Positions 26,866-37,375 of a DNA stretch of 59,795 nt are shown here, in pieces. The stretch spans positions 1 to 59,795 of the IMG/VR virus record IMGVR_UViG_3300030098_003320, one strand, 5' to 3'. Position 1 is the first letter of the stretch. Each line of letters starts with the position of its first letter. A model generated the notes under the pieces. It had not been told where the DNA came from. It worked only from the letters and a program-made list of their open reading frames with translations, and ran no database searches. The position numbers were made by a program, and so were the translations under genes. This DNA comes from a virus (lineage: Duplodnaviria > Caudoviricetes).

Positions 26866-28401
26866 ATGGCTAGGCCCCAATACATCAATCTACAATTCCG
26901 GCCCGGACTGTTTAAGAATGGCACCGTTTATCAAGCCCAAGGGCGTTGGTACGATGCCGATCTTATGCGATGGAGCAATGGTGCTATTGGTCCGATCGGT
27001 GGTTGGCGTAGATGGGGTGAAAGCACTACAGCTGTAACAGGTGTTCCAAGAACAGCAGTTACTTGGATGGACAACTCCAACAACAGATGGATTGGTGTTG
27101 GGTCTGCCAGCAAGCTTTATGTGTACGATTCAGCAGCCAGTATATATGACATCACGCCTACGGGTTTTACTGCTGGAACTACTGATGCCGATCCAAACAC
27201 AGGTTACGGCGATTGGCTATACGGCAAATCGACATATGGCGACCAGCGCCCCGACTTAGGAATCCCCTCTCCGGCAACAATATGGTCGTTTGCCATGTGG
27301 GGCGAAGACCTGACGGGATGCACCCCTGACGACGGCAAGCTGTATCAGTGGGACACAAGTGTCGGCACAGGTACTAAAGCCGCCCAGGTTTCTAATTCGC
27401 CAGAATACATTACTGCTACAGTTGTTACACCTCAACGCATACAGATGTGTTTTGGAGGCGTAGCCAATGGCGGCTCAGAAGCAAACGCAGACAGGCGCAA
27501 GGTTTTTTGGTCGGATTCAGAAGACAACACTACTTGGTCTGCAACTGCTACAAACCTAGCGGGCGATCATTTGATTGAATCTACCGGAGACTTGCTAGGC
27601 GCTATTGTTGTGCGTGGTCAAATTTTGATTTTTACCACTGCTGATGCTCACACAGCGACCTTTGTAGGTCTGCCCTATGTTTATCAGTTCGACAACGTAG
27701 GCGGCGATTGTGGGCCTGTCTCGATGAACGCTGTAGCGGTTGCAAACAACACTGCTTACTGGATGGGCCGTAACGCAAACGGATTCTTTATGTACGACGG
27801 ATACACAAGAAGTATTCCGTGCGATGTTGAAGAATTTGTTATGAATAACATGAACGAAGGCCAATCAAGCAAAACGATTGCGTGGCATAACAGTTTGTAT
27901 TCAGAAATTATTTGGTTTTATCCAAGCGATTCTGAAATAGACTCGTATGTTAGTTATAACTACCTAGAAAACCATTGGTCGGTAGGAACACTTGCCCGCA
28001 CAGCAGTAACAAGCCGTGGGATTTTTGCATTTCCTATTTTGTTTGATTCGTCAGGTAATCCATATGAGCACGAAGTCGGTGGGACGTATACAGACGTTGA
28101 TGGCACTACTAAAACGCCTTATGTCGAATCTGGGCCAATACAGCTTGGCGCTGGAAACGAAGTGCTGTCAGCGACATCGTTAATTCCAGATGTTACAGCC
28201 CTGGGGGACATTACTACAACTTTTTACACTAAGCTCTACCCTACGGATAGCGACACCAGTCATGGGCCGTACACAATGACTGCGCCTACCCCTGTACGGT
28301 TTACAGGCAGAAGTGTAAGAATGCGTTGCACATCAAATTCAGCAAATTCGTGGAATGTCGGCATTCCAAGACTTGAGCTGAAACCGAACGGTAGACGATG
28401 A
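26866..28401 (+). CDS. Tail nozzle / DNA stabilization protein (P22 gp10 / tubular B-like)
   Basis: W/G-rich beta protein, WSD.ED...W and EIIWFYPS; position. Confidence 0.7.
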   Translation: MARPQYINLQFRPGLFKNGTVYQAQGRWYDADLMRWSNGAIGPIGGWRRWGESTTAVTGVPRTAVTWMDNSNNRWIGVGSASKLYVYDSAASIYDITPTGFTAGTTDADPNTGYGDWLYGKSTYGDQRPDLGIPSPATIWSFAMWGEDLTGCTPDDGKLYQWDTSVGTGTKAAQVSNSPEYITATVVTPQRIQMCFGGVANGGSEANADRRKVFWSDSEDNTTWSATATNLAGDHLIESTGDLLGAIVVRGQILIFTTADAHTATFVGLPYVYQFDNVGGDCGPVSMNAVAVANNTAYWMGRNANGFFMYDGYTRSIPCDVEEFVMNNMNEGQSSKTIAWHNSLYSEIIWFYPSDSEIDSYVSYNYLENHWSVGTLARTAVTSRGIFAFPILFDSSGNPYEHEVGGTYTDVDGTTKTPYVESGPIQLGAGNEVLSATSLIPDVTALGDITTTFYTKLYPTDSDTSHGPYTMTAPTPVRFTGRSVRMRCTSNSANSWNVGIPRLELKPNGRR

Positions 28402-28640
28402 GTACGTCAGGAGCGTCAGGCTCGTCCCGGTTGCGGTTGTCGCCGCCTACTAAGGTTTATGACGCCGTAGGAGAATCAAACCGAAATCTGGCTTTAGAGT
28501 TAGCCGATCGAGCAAACTTAAAACGATTTGAAGATGTTGATTTAGCTAATAACGAAAGATTGATCTTGGTCAGCGCTAATGGCACACGTTATAGTGTAGT
28601 AGTGTCTAATGCTGGCGTATTGAGCACGACGGCAATATGA
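28398..28640 (+). CDS. Small tail-associated protein
   Basis: LILVSANGTRY.V.VSNAG.L motif. Confidence 0.6.
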   Translation: MSTSGASGSSRLRLSPPTKVYDAVGESNRNLALELADRANLKRFEDVDLANNERLILVSANGTRYSVVVSNAGVLSTTAI

Positions 28641-29038
28641 AATCAACAGAGCAAAACGGGTTCAATGAAGCATGGGCGCGTAGTACGCCGTTTATTGAAA
28701 AAGCGTTAGCAAAAAGCGGCAGAGAATACACTGTCGAAGATGTTTTACGACAAGTGCAGGACAATCATGCAATTTTTTTCCCTGTGGAAAACGGAGCAGC
28801 CGTGTTCAAGGTTGCATTGTATCCCCAGCGAAGATTTTTGCGGATATGGCTGTATGGCGGCACAACAGACACGGGCAGGGCGAATCTAGACGCAATCATG
28901 GAGGCGGCAGATTATTATGCCGCAGAGCATGAATGTGATGGAATCGAGCTGGTCGGCCGAAAAGGTTGGGAAAAAGTTTTACGCCCTTATGGGTACAAAT
29001 ATAAGAGCGTAACGCTCGTTAAGGATTTAGGAGAATAA
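28637..29038 (+). CDS. GNAT-like internal virion-module protein
   Basis: C.GIE..GRKGW.KVL motif; precedes ejection genes. Confidence 0.6.
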   Translation: MKSTEQNGFNEAWARSTPFIEKALAKSGREYTVEDVLRQVQDNHAIFFPVENGAAVFKVALYPQRRFLRIWLYGGTTDTGRANLDAIMEAADYYAAEHECDGIELVGRKGWEKVLRPYGYKYKSVTLVKDLGE

Positions 29039-29039
29039 A

Positions 29040-30764
29040 ATGGGTGGTGGAAACAGCGATAACCCGATGGACAGCCTTGAGGTTACATCGGCAACCAAAA
29101 AAGATCCATTAACAGCGGGGCGGGAAACTCAATTATGGCAACAGGCTCAGAAATTTGCCGCTCAAAGCCCTTTCCAAGCTCAATATGGTGGAATGACTCC
29201 TGGGTTTACCCCGATGCAACAACAAGCCCAAAATTATTTAGGTACAGCAATTTTAGGCGATCAGTATTCAGCAGAAAACTTAGGGTTTACCAACTATGCT
29301 CGACCTTCAGGTGTAGGCGCGGCACCAAGTTGGTCGTGGCAAAACTCAGGTGCGGGTGACTTTATTGGTGACGGGACAGAAACGGACCCTACGCTAGGGC
29401 CTACAAACCCAACCGTGCCTCCACCACCCCCTCCGGGTGGACCAACACCCATTCCAGATCCGGCCGACCCGCCAGCAATCGGTTATGTACCCTCTCCCGA
29501 TCCAGTCATTCCAAGCCCGCCTCCAACCACAGTCAAGCCGTCACCTGGTGACGTAAACTTAGGAATGGGTGGAGCAGCAAAATCTTCTGTTGAGTACCCG
29601 GTTGGTTTAAGTATGGACGAGTACTTATCCAGACCGTCTACGACGCCAGCAGCAAAACAGGCTCAGATAGCACAGTTTGGCTATGCAAAGGCACCCGCTG
29701 GGCCAGATTTTATGCCCCAGCCGATGCCACAACCGTCACCAGACATAATGCCCCAGCCTGTCGGCCCGTCAATGCCTGAGACGCCACCAGATATAGCACC
29801 TCCGCCTCCGGGCATACCCGCACCTCCGGGCGGTGGCTACTTGGGTCCAGGTGACGTTTTTAGTGCCCAAGGTGTTGGTATGAACGAAATGGATCAAGGC
29901 GCATTAGCCACAAAAAGGATGTTGCAAGAAGAAGGAATAGAAAAAGCCGTAGCTGGGTCTATTTTTGATGACCCCAAAAGCATAGATCAGTACATGAACA
30001 AGTTAGGTACTGATGCGGCTGTAGCAGACATCACACAAGATTACGAGCGTCTTAAAAACCAAGCGATGGCAAAACAAGCTGGTGCAAGATCGTTTGGTTC
30101 TCGGAAAAGCGTAGAAGATGCTGGACTTGCTGGGGACTATTTGCGGACTGTTGCTATGGCAAAAGGCGCTGGTTACGACCGAGCAGCGGCAAGAATGGAT
30201 GACGCCGCAAAAGCAAGAACAAGTGCAAACCTAGCTAATTTGCAAGCACAGCAAGCGTTTCGTGCTCAGCAAATAGGGGCAGCAGATCAGTTGTCTGGAT
30301 TAGGAAAGAGAAGGCAGGACGCTACGTTTAATGCCGCGCAACAATTAGCTGATGCTGGCAGAGAACAGCAAATGACACAGTTGCAACAACAGGCGTTCGA
30401 TTACGAACAATGGTTGCGAGGACAACAGGGTGGCGCTGATGAATTAAGCTTTATGAAAAGCATGATTCCCGGAGGCGACCAGTTCACCTACGGACAGAAG
30501 CCAGACAGGCTGAGTCAACTAATAGGCTTAGGTGTTACAGGTGCATCATTTTTGAGTGATGCTAAAGCAAAAGAAAACATCAGGTCAGTAGGCACAAAGA
30601 ATGGCTTGAACATTTACGAGTTTAACTACCTCGGTCAGCCTACTCGATGGCGCGGTGTAATTGCCCAAGAGGTAATGAAAACACGCCCAGACGCAGTAAG
30701 AGAGCGTAATGGTGTGCTTTCAGTGAATTACGATGCGCTTGGCATTGCTATGGAGCTGGTGTAA
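29040..30764 (+). CDS. Ejection/DNA-transfer protein with Pro-rich region and C-terminal S74 domain
   Basis: MGGG start, Q/A-rich; SDAKAKENI...IYEFNY...GVIAQEV...VNY. Confidence 0.65.
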   Translation: MGGGNSDNPMDSLEVTSATKKDPLTAGRETQLWQQAQKFAAQSPFQAQYGGMTPGFTPMQQQAQNYLGTAILGDQYSAENLGFTNYARPSGVGAAPSWSWQNSGAGDFIGDGTETDPTLGPTNPTVPPPPPPGGPTPIPDPADPPAIGYVPSPDPVIPSPPPTTVKPSPGDVNLGMGGAAKSSVEYPVGLSMDEYLSRPSTTPAAKQAQIAQFGYAKAPAGPDFMPQPMPQPSPDIMPQPVGPSMPETPPDIAPPPPGIPAPPGGGYLGPGDVFSAQGVGMNEMDQGALATKRMLQEEGIEKAVAGSIFDDPKSIDQYMNKLGTDAAVADITQDYERLKNQAMAKQAGARSFGSRKSVEDAGLAGDYLRTVAMAKGAGYDRAAARMDDAAKARTSANLANLQAQQAFRAQQIGAADQLSGLGKRRQDATFNAAQQLADAGREQQMTQLQQQAFDYEQWLRGQQGGADELSFMKSMIPGGDQFTYGQKPDRLSQLIGLGVTGASFLSDAKAKENIRSVGTKNGLNIYEFNYLGQPTRWRGVIAQEVMKTRPDAVRERNGVLSVNYDALGIAMELV

Positions 30765-32842
30765 TGCCTCATATACCTGGACACTTGCCAAGGCCCTTTA
30801 ATCCCGGCGATCGTCGATTGATTGGCATGGGTGCATTTGATCCTGGCTTGGCGGCACGCCCGATAAGACGGCCATTGCCACCATTTTTGTCAGTTAACGA
30901 CCGTCTTTCTCCAATCAATACGCCAGAAGCAAACGTAAACCTTGGCGCTGACCCATCGTTACGGCAATTTCACCCTTTGTTTCGGCAAAAGCCTATTTCT
31001 GGCGAAGGGTTGCTGTCACAAAACAACCGTTTTACGCTATTTAATACGCCCGCCCAAGACTTTCGATCGCCTGTAGATTTTGAGGACTATAAGCCAACAG
31101 GACTAAGTGCTATTAGTTCGTACATACAAAGGCATGGTAGTCCCCAATTCCGCGATTTTGGCCCAACACCACCTGGCAGAAGTTTTGCGTCTGAGCGTCC
31201 GCTTAATTTAACGCCTGAGCGTGCGGCCATGTTGGCGCATGGGTCGTACCGAGGAGAGCTAGGCATAACGCCAGAACGGGCTGGTATGCTAATACATGGC
31301 GCAACAGGAGAATCACAACAAAGCTCTCAAGCACCAAGTGGGGCACAAGGCAGTGGTGAGCCAACGGTGGCAGAATTGATTGCTCGTTTGAATCCAGAGC
31401 AAACGCCGCAAAACCCCTTGGCACGGCCATTAGATCAAAAACTTCGCCCAACGCAAATGCCACAAACAGGGTCAATAGCTGGACCGCAATTAGAAGTGGG
31501 TGCGGGAATGCCAGACCAAATAGATCAAATAGATGTGCCAGAAACAGACTTTGATGCTGGTCAACCTAGCTTTTTAGATAAAATTGGCGGGTTCTTTAAG
31601 CGTCCTGGTATGCAGGATGCGTTATTGGCTGCTGGCGCGACAATGATGTCAGGCAGAGACGCTCAAGGCAACGCATACACTGATCCGCTTCAAGGTATTG
31701 GAGCTGGCTTACAAGCCGGGGCACAAGCTTACAAAGCTGATGAGCTTGACCGTCGCGTCGAAGAAGATCGAGAAGTTTTAGAGCAACGTCGCGAACAAGC
31801 AGAAGCATCTATTAAAGCATTGATGGAAGGCAGGACAGATGAAGAAATTGCTGCTGTTATGGCAATTTCAGCGGCGGGCACACCAGAAGCTCTGGCAACA
31901 GCAGTTCAATTAGCAGGAGAATATGCTGATGACCAGAAAATTCGTACCGTGTTTGGGCAGAGCGAAGGCAGGTATCTGACTCCTGAGCAGCTAGAAATCG
32001 CGTTGGTGTATGAAGGCGACGAGCGAGCAAACTACCTTGCTGGAATAGACCAAACAGAAGGCAGAGCCGCCGCAATAAGGTCAATACGTCCCGACCTTAG
32101 CGATGACGTTGTAGAGATGATAGCCAGCTCTGGTGAGCGAGTAACCGACAGGTTTATGAGCCGAAATGATGGCTATGTTGTTGTTGAAAGCGGTGATGGT
32201 CGGTCTAGACTAGTAGATACTAGATACGGTGCTAAAGACCCAGTTGGTGACCCGTTTGGGGAAGTCGATATTAACATTGGAAACATTGCTTTGCAGCGAG
32301 AGCAACTCACGCAACAAGGTTTGGGTGGTGTTTATGATGAAATTCAAGAAGAATATCGCGCCCTGCGCCCGCAGTTATTTGGATTAAAGAATTTTGAAGA
32401 CGCAATTCTAAAACTTGAAGAAGGAAACGCTTATGTAGGGTGGTTAGGTGGATGGCAGACACGGTTAGGAGAAGTATTTGACGGTGAAAGGGCTGCTACG
32501 ACGCAAGAGCTACAAAACATTTTCCTAGACCTTGGTTTTGGTTCGTTGCAAGATTTAAAAGGCTCAATCAGTGATAAAGATTTAGAATTAGCCTTAAAAC
32601 GAGCCGGAGAAACAGGCGACCTGCGTTCTGCATTGATGGACTTAATGCAAAAACGACAAGCCGCAATACGAACACAGTTAAATGCTCACAACGAAAGAGT
32701 AGATCGTTTAGAACAATACAATCTGCCAGAATGGGATTCTTGGAAATTGCAAGAAGCTGATGTTGAGCGTTGGTCTGGACGATCAACTGGTCGCGTAGAT
32801 CCAACAAGCGTAACTGTTGTAGACGCAGAAGGAACGCGCTAA
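30764..32842 (+). CDS. Internal virion/ejection protein
   Basis: Large ORF; position; KGSISDKD motif. Confidence 0.55.
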   Translation: MPHIPGHLPRPFNPGDRRLIGMGAFDPGLAARPIRRPLPPFLSVNDRLSPINTPEANVNLGADPSLRQFHPLFRQKPISGEGLLSQNNRFTLFNTPAQDFRSPVDFEDYKPTGLSAISSYIQRHGSPQFRDFGPTPPGRSFASERPLNLTPERAAMLAHGSYRGELGITPERAGMLIHGATGESQQSSQAPSGAQGSGEPTVAELIARLNPEQTPQNPLARPLDQKLRPTQMPQTGSIAGPQLEVGAGMPDQIDQIDVPETDFDAGQPSFLDKIGGFFKRPGMQDALLAAGATMMSGRDAQGNAYTDPLQGIGAGLQAGAQAYKADELDRRVEEDREVLEQRREQAEASIKALMEGRTDEEIAAVMAISAAGTPEALATAVQLAGEYADDQKIRTVFGQSEGRYLTPEQLEIALVYEGDERANYLAGIDQTEGRAAAIRSIRPDLSDDVVEMIASSGERVTDRFMSRNDGYVVVESGDGRSRLVDTRYGAKDPVGDPFGEVDINIGNIALQREQLTQQGLGGVYDEIQEEYRALRPQLFGLKNFEDAILKLEEGNAYVGWLGGWQTRLGEVFDGERAATTQELQNIFLDLGFGSLQDLKGSISDKDLELALKRAGETGDLRSALMDLMQKRQAAIRTQLNAHNERVDRLEQYNLPEWDSWKLQEADVERWSGRSTGRVDPTSVTVVDAEGTR

Positions 32843-35352
32843 TGGATCAAGAATTAGCCGTAGGAACGATCGTAAGGACTGCTGACGGCAGACGAGCGCG
32901 TGTTACTGGTTACGACGAGCAAGAACGTCTTATGGTAGAGTATTTAGATACTGCTCCTGCCGTAGATGAATCTGCTTCATTGCCGCCCGTATCGTTAGGC
33001 GCAGTTAGCGAAGGTGGCGTTAAAGATTTTGGCAGAACTGCGTTGCAAGGTTTGTCTTTTGGGTTTAGTGACGAGGCCAGAGGGCTTGGGTCTGGACTTG
33101 CTAGTTTGGCAAGGGGAGGAACTTTTGGAGAAGGCTACAGTGAAGGTGTTGAAGCTGAACGAGCAGCTTTGCAAGCATACCGAGAACGGAATCCTCTTGC
33201 CGCCCTTGCTGCCGAAGGTCTTGGTGGAGTAGCTACCGGATTTGGCGTTGCGGGTGGATTACGAGCATTGCCTGGGCTTGCTCGATTAGCTCGCGGAGGT
33301 TCCGCTACAGGAAAACTTGGTCGCGCTCAGGGGGTCCGGGCGGCGCAAGTAGGGCAGACTGGCGGCGGGACTGCTGGTCGCGCACTTGGTAGCCTTGACC
33401 CAAGAACATCCGCAGTAGCTTTAGGAGCCACTGAAGGGGGAATATACGGTTTTGGAGCTGGTGAAGACTCTCTAAAACAGAGGCTTACTGGTGCTGCAAT
33501 AGGTGGTGCTGCTGGTGGCCTAGCTGCACCTGTAATGACAGGCGCAATGGCATTGGCGGGTAAAGGTAAAGGGTTTTTAAGCGATGTCGTAGCTGGTCAG
33601 AGAGGAGTCAAAGGAGCAGCAAGTCGGCAAGCAAAAACCGATGAAATGATGGCAGAATCGCTAATGCGCGAAGCGCCAACAGAGTTCACACAAAAAGGTC
33701 AGCAGTGGTTACAGACAGCTCGCCGTGTTGTAGATGATGTAAATGCTGGCCGAACCCCCGTAAAGGCGGGAACCGGACGGCGATATACTGCTGATGAAAT
33801 AGATGCTTTTAAAAAAGGATTGCGTGATTATCAAGAATCTGGACAATCAGTAATAGTAGCTGGTTTGTTGGGCAAAGCCTCAGATGCAATCGAGCGTGAT
33901 CTTGCACCGAACTTAAACACCCCACGGTTGCTCGCTGATGTTACCGAAGATTTTTCTGCGACAGCAGCACAGGTGACGGGTCAAGGTGGTGACGAAGTTC
34001 AAAAGCTAAGAACAAAATTGAATTCCGGCCCGCGTGGAAATCAAACACAATCTAGCTTAAACGATTTAAATGAAGCGGCGCAATTAGATCGAAACATTGG
34101 CGGTGTTAGGGCAAGACGGCAAGCTATTGAAACAGAAAAGAAAAACATTGCCAAACAAGATTATGATGCTTTTTACGAGGCTCGTAACGATTGGGACACG
34201 ATTATAGCAAGTGCCGGATCTGCCGAACGGCCTGGAGTAGTAGCTATTATGTCGCGTTTACGAGATGCGACAAAACAATCTCCAGAATTGCGCCAAAGAT
34301 TAGTTAATGCTTTTGCGGGTGTAGGTGAAGCCAAGGCTGCTTCTGGTGTTGCAAGGGAGGGTGCTGAACAAGGTCTTGCAAGTGGGCGTGCTTTAGGCTT
34401 TAATGAAATTCTAGATGATGTTAGTAAGGCTAACCCTTCTGATTTCGATCAATTTAGAAGGGCTATTAAGCAAGCTAAAGACGAAGCGCATCTTGAAGGA
34501 AATTACGATCTTCGGGATAGCTTGAATCAAATTGTGGTCGCAATAGATGACGCTATTGCTGATACATCTACAGCATTTGCAGATGCCCGCAGAGGGTATC
34601 AAGCAAACATGAGAAGACTAGAGGCTTACGAAGATGGTGCGAATCTTAAAGACGTTACCACCGAAGACTTGCGGTTTTTACATGACAACCCTTGGACGCT
34701 AAGGAAATATTCTTCAATAGAAGGGCTGTCAGGCGATGAGGTGGCAGACATCCGAAAAGCGTTTAGAGAAGGGCATTTAAACTCTATTGCTGATGTTGCA
34801 GAAAAACTAGCAGAAGAATCAGACGCTAGAGGAGCAGATTTTGTTCGTCAGCAATACAAGCGCTTGTTTGAGGGTCCAGAAGCGCCATTTGCAAGACACG
34901 CAGATGCGATCAACCCCGTTGCATTAAATCGCATTGGTCAAAACTTGGATAGCCGATCGTTGTTAGCCCGCACAAATAAGCGTGCAAGCGACGTAGCAGA
35001 ACGTGGCGGTTCGATTATCAAAGACGTTACTGCTGTAGAAGGTGCAGTCCCAGCGACAGCCGCACTATATGGTTTAGCCGGACAGTTTGGCGCTATGGGG
35101 CGAACAGGCGTTGCAAGCTTAATATACGGTACTAACGCACAGGAAAAATTTGCACAAAATCTCGCCAAGCGATTAGGGCAAAAAGAATCAAAAGGTTTGT
35201 TAGACATGGTAGAAACGCTCAAGCGTACTGAACGCAACAGGGTCGGCGGTTTGTTGCGAGAGCGTGGCGCATCTGCTGGTGCCGCTGCATTAACACAACC
35301 GATGTCTGCTGATATATCAGCAACACTTCAAAACGAAAGAAGGTACAGGTAA
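32842..35352 (+). CDS. Large internal virion/ejection protein
   Basis: QGLSFGFSDE and G/A-rich hydrophobic segments; TAATG coupling sets the start. Confidence 0.6.
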   Translation: MDQELAVGTIVRTADGRRARVTGYDEQERLMVEYLDTAPAVDESASLPPVSLGAVSEGGVKDFGRTALQGLSFGFSDEARGLGSGLASLARGGTFGEGYSEGVEAERAALQAYRERNPLAALAAEGLGGVATGFGVAGGLRALPGLARLARGGSATGKLGRAQGVRAAQVGQTGGGTAGRALGSLDPRTSAVALGATEGGIYGFGAGEDSLKQRLTGAAIGGAAGGLAAPVMTGAMALAGKGKGFLSDVVAGQRGVKGAASRQAKTDEMMAESLMREAPTEFTQKGQQWLQTARRVVDDVNAGRTPVKAGTGRRYTADEIDAFKKGLRDYQESGQSVIVAGLLGKASDAIERDLAPNLNTPRLLADVTEDFSATAAQVTGQGGDEVQKLRTKLNSGPRGNQTQSSLNDLNEAAQLDRNIGGVRARRQAIETEKKNIAKQDYDAFYEARNDWDTIIASAGSAERPGVVAIMSRLRDATKQSPELRQRLVNAFAGVGEAKAASGVAREGAEQGLASGRALGFNEILDDVSKANPSDFDQFRRAIKQAKDEAHLEGNYDLRDSLNQIVVAIDDAIADTSTAFADARRGYQANMRRLEAYEDGANLKDVTTEDLRFLHDNPWTLRKYSSIEGLSGDEVADIRKAFREGHLNSIADVAEKLAEESDARGADFVRQQYKRLFEGPEAPFARHADAINPVALNRIGQNLDSRSLLARTNKRASDVAERGGSIIKDVTAVEGAVPATAALYGLAGQFGAMGRTGVASLIYGTNAQEKFAQNLAKRLGQKESKGLLDMVETLKRTERNRVGGLLRERGASAGAAALTQPMSADISATLQNERRYR

Positions 35353-35354
35353 TT

Positions 35355-35597
35355 ATGGCTGGTATAGGTGGTTACGGAAGAAAACCAACACAAAGCAGTC
35401 CGCATCTGCGTAGACAGCTCGGGATGACAATGAGTCCTACCTCAAGCAAAACCACCCAATACGGTGACGTAAACACGGCTGGTCCTGTGCAAAAAACCAT
35501 GATAGAAAAAGAAGTTGTCGAAGAATCGACAGAAGAACCGTCATGGCGTCGGGCGTTGCGTGGTATAGGTACAGAGCTGATGCGCGGACAGTTTTAG
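35355..35597 (+). CDS. Small protein sharing a motif with 15497-15724
   Basis: LRR.LGMT..PT...T..YGDV. Confidence 0.55.
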   Translation: MAGIGGYGRKPTQSSPHLRRQLGMTMSPTSSKTTQYGDVNTAGPVQKTMIEKEVVEESTEEPSWRRALRGIGTELMRGQF

Positions 35598-35624
35598 CTA
35601 ATTACCCTTAAGAGGTAAAAGCAT

Positions 35625-35945
35625 ATGCCGTTTAGAGAAGTGTTATCAGACGAAAAAGGCACGCTGTCGGCAGCTAGGTTGCTATTAGTGTGCTGTTTGG
35701 CGTTTACAGGCGTTCTAATCGTCTTTGATGCGGTCCTGTGGGCCACGGTGCCAAATGCCGCCTACGCGCTCTTAGGAACGATTTTTACGGGTTTGTTAGC
35801 GTGGACAACTGGACCCAGAATCGCGCAATACTTTGGGCCTCAAATTGGGGCTATAACAAGTGGAATTGGTGCTGCGTTGACTAGGGAGCCAAAACGTCCT
35901 TCTATGCTCGACAACTCACCGGATTACCGTGACGACGAGCGATGA
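35625..35945 (+). CDS. Holin-like membrane protein (B)
   Basis: Two TMs; upstream of endolysin. Confidence 0.65.
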   Translation: MPFREVLSDEKGTLSAARLLLVCCLAFTGVLIVFDAVLWATVPNAAYALLGTIFTGLLAWTTGPRIAQYFGPQIGAITSGIGAALTREPKRPSMLDNSPDYRDDER

Positions 35946-36433
35946 CCAAAGATGAGTGGGTTAAGACTTGTGCTACAGCTCTTGAGGCTCAGGGCATTAC
36001 CAATTTTCACCCACTTGAAATTGCAGATGTTGGGCGTGTTGCGTATGCGGTAGGACAACAAAGCGATCGCCCCAGGTGGAAGTCTGTATTAAAGCCACCG
36101 CCCTTGAGCCTGTTACCTAATGCCCTTGTCTTGTGCCAACTGCTGTTAGAATTACGCGAAGCTGATCCAGTAGGCTCAGTCCTAGTTAATTCGTGGTATC
36201 GAGACAGCCTTTACAATTACAGCATTGGTGGCGCAGGAATGTCTATGCACATGACTTGCGGGGCCGCAGACGTTGTAAAACGTGGCTGGACAACAGATGA
36301 AGTAGCAACGTGGTTTGAAGAACATTCCGACGCTAAAGACTTTGGGGTAGGTCGTTACAAGACATTTACCCACATCGACATTAGGGGGAAACTTGGAAGA
36401 CCAGCACCCGCCAGATGGGGAAGTAGTGAGTAG
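35942..36433 (+). CDS. Endolysin, peptidase M15A family (B)
   Basis: NSWYR, SMH...AAD and FTHID. Confidence 0.85.
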   Translation: MTKDEWVKTCATALEAQGITNFHPLEIADVGRVAYAVGQQSDRPRWKSVLKPPPLSLLPNALVLCQLLLELREADPVGSVLVNSWYRDSLYNYSIGGAGMSMHMTCGAADVVKRGWTTDEVATWFEEHSDAKDFGVGRYKTFTHIDIRGKLGRPAPARWGSSE

Positions 36434-36725
36434 CGCACCACTAAGCAAATCATCTTCGCTCCCCGCTATTAGCGTTGGCTTTGCTATTGCAATTTTAGTT
36501 GCGACATGGGTAGCTGGTGCTCGGTTTACAACGATGGCTCAAGCAGACTCAGCAGCAATGGTGGAGATACAGGATGTGGCTGACAGGCAAAAAAAATACA
36601 TCGGTACAAGTGGGTTGCTAACACTGCGGTTGCAAGAGATTGACGCCCGTCTAACTGCGCTAGAAACAAAACTGGCTTTGTTGCAACAACAGTTTGACCA
36701 AGCGTTTAGGCAAAATACGCCATGA
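36426..36725 (+). CDS. Membrane/coiled-coil protein (homolog of 16815-17093)
   Basis: Sequence similarity; GTG start inferred. Confidence 0.7.
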   Translation: MSSAPLSKSSSLPAISVGFAIAILVATWVAGARFTTMAQADSAAMVEIQDVADRQKKYIGTSGLLTLRLQEIDARLTALETKLALLQQQFDQAFRQNTP

Positions 36726-37363
36726 TGCTTAATCAATTCAATAGAATCCCGCCGTGGTACTGGCTGCTTATTCCTGTTTTAGCGTTTGTCATTGTCGGAA
36801 TACGGGGCGCTACCCAGGCAAGCTACTTTAAAGGCATTGCTGATGACGCAGAGGCACGTTTAGTCGTTCAGCAAGAAGTTATTGATTCTGCGTCTAGCTA
36901 CGCATTAAATCTGACAACTCAACTTGCAAAAGCCGATTCTGCGTTAGCCACACAACGCCGTGAGAGCGCCGAGGAGGTCGCCAGGCTTACCCGTAGCCGC
37001 CAAGAGGCTCGACGGCAGTCTGAGGCCCTCTCAGTGGCTCTGAGAGCATCTCTAGACTCTGCTCAAGCGACGACTTTTGATGAAGTTGTTCAGGGTTACG
37101 AAAAACAAATAGAATCGTTAGAAGAAACACTAGCTATCGAGCGATCGGTCAGTGCCGCAGAACGTCTTCGGGCAACTCAAGCAACAGAGCTGGTATTAAC
37201 CTTAGAATCTGTCATTGTAGAACAAGAAGTTCGTTATGAAATAATGGCAACAGAAATCGTTGCTCTGCGTTCTGCAATGCAACCAAGCTTAGGGTTAAGA
37301 ATTAAGGCTGACTGGTGGCTGGCAGCAGTAGGCTTTGCCGCAGGAGCGTTAGTAACTCGGTAG
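36722..37363 (+). CDS. Spanin-like coiled-coil membrane protein (B)
   Basis: Homolog of 2035-2664. Confidence 0.5.
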   Translation: MMLNQFNRIPPWYWLLIPVLAFVIVGIRGATQASYFKGIADDAEARLVVQQEVIDSASSYALNLTTQLAKADSALATQRRESAEEVARLTRSRQEARRQSEALSVALRASLDSAQATTFDEVVQGYEKQIESLEETLAIERSVSAAERLRATQATELVLTLESVIVEQEVRYEIMATEIVALRSAMQPSLGLRIKADWWLAAVGFAAGALVTR

Positions 37364-37375
37364 GAGGGTGAGGTA

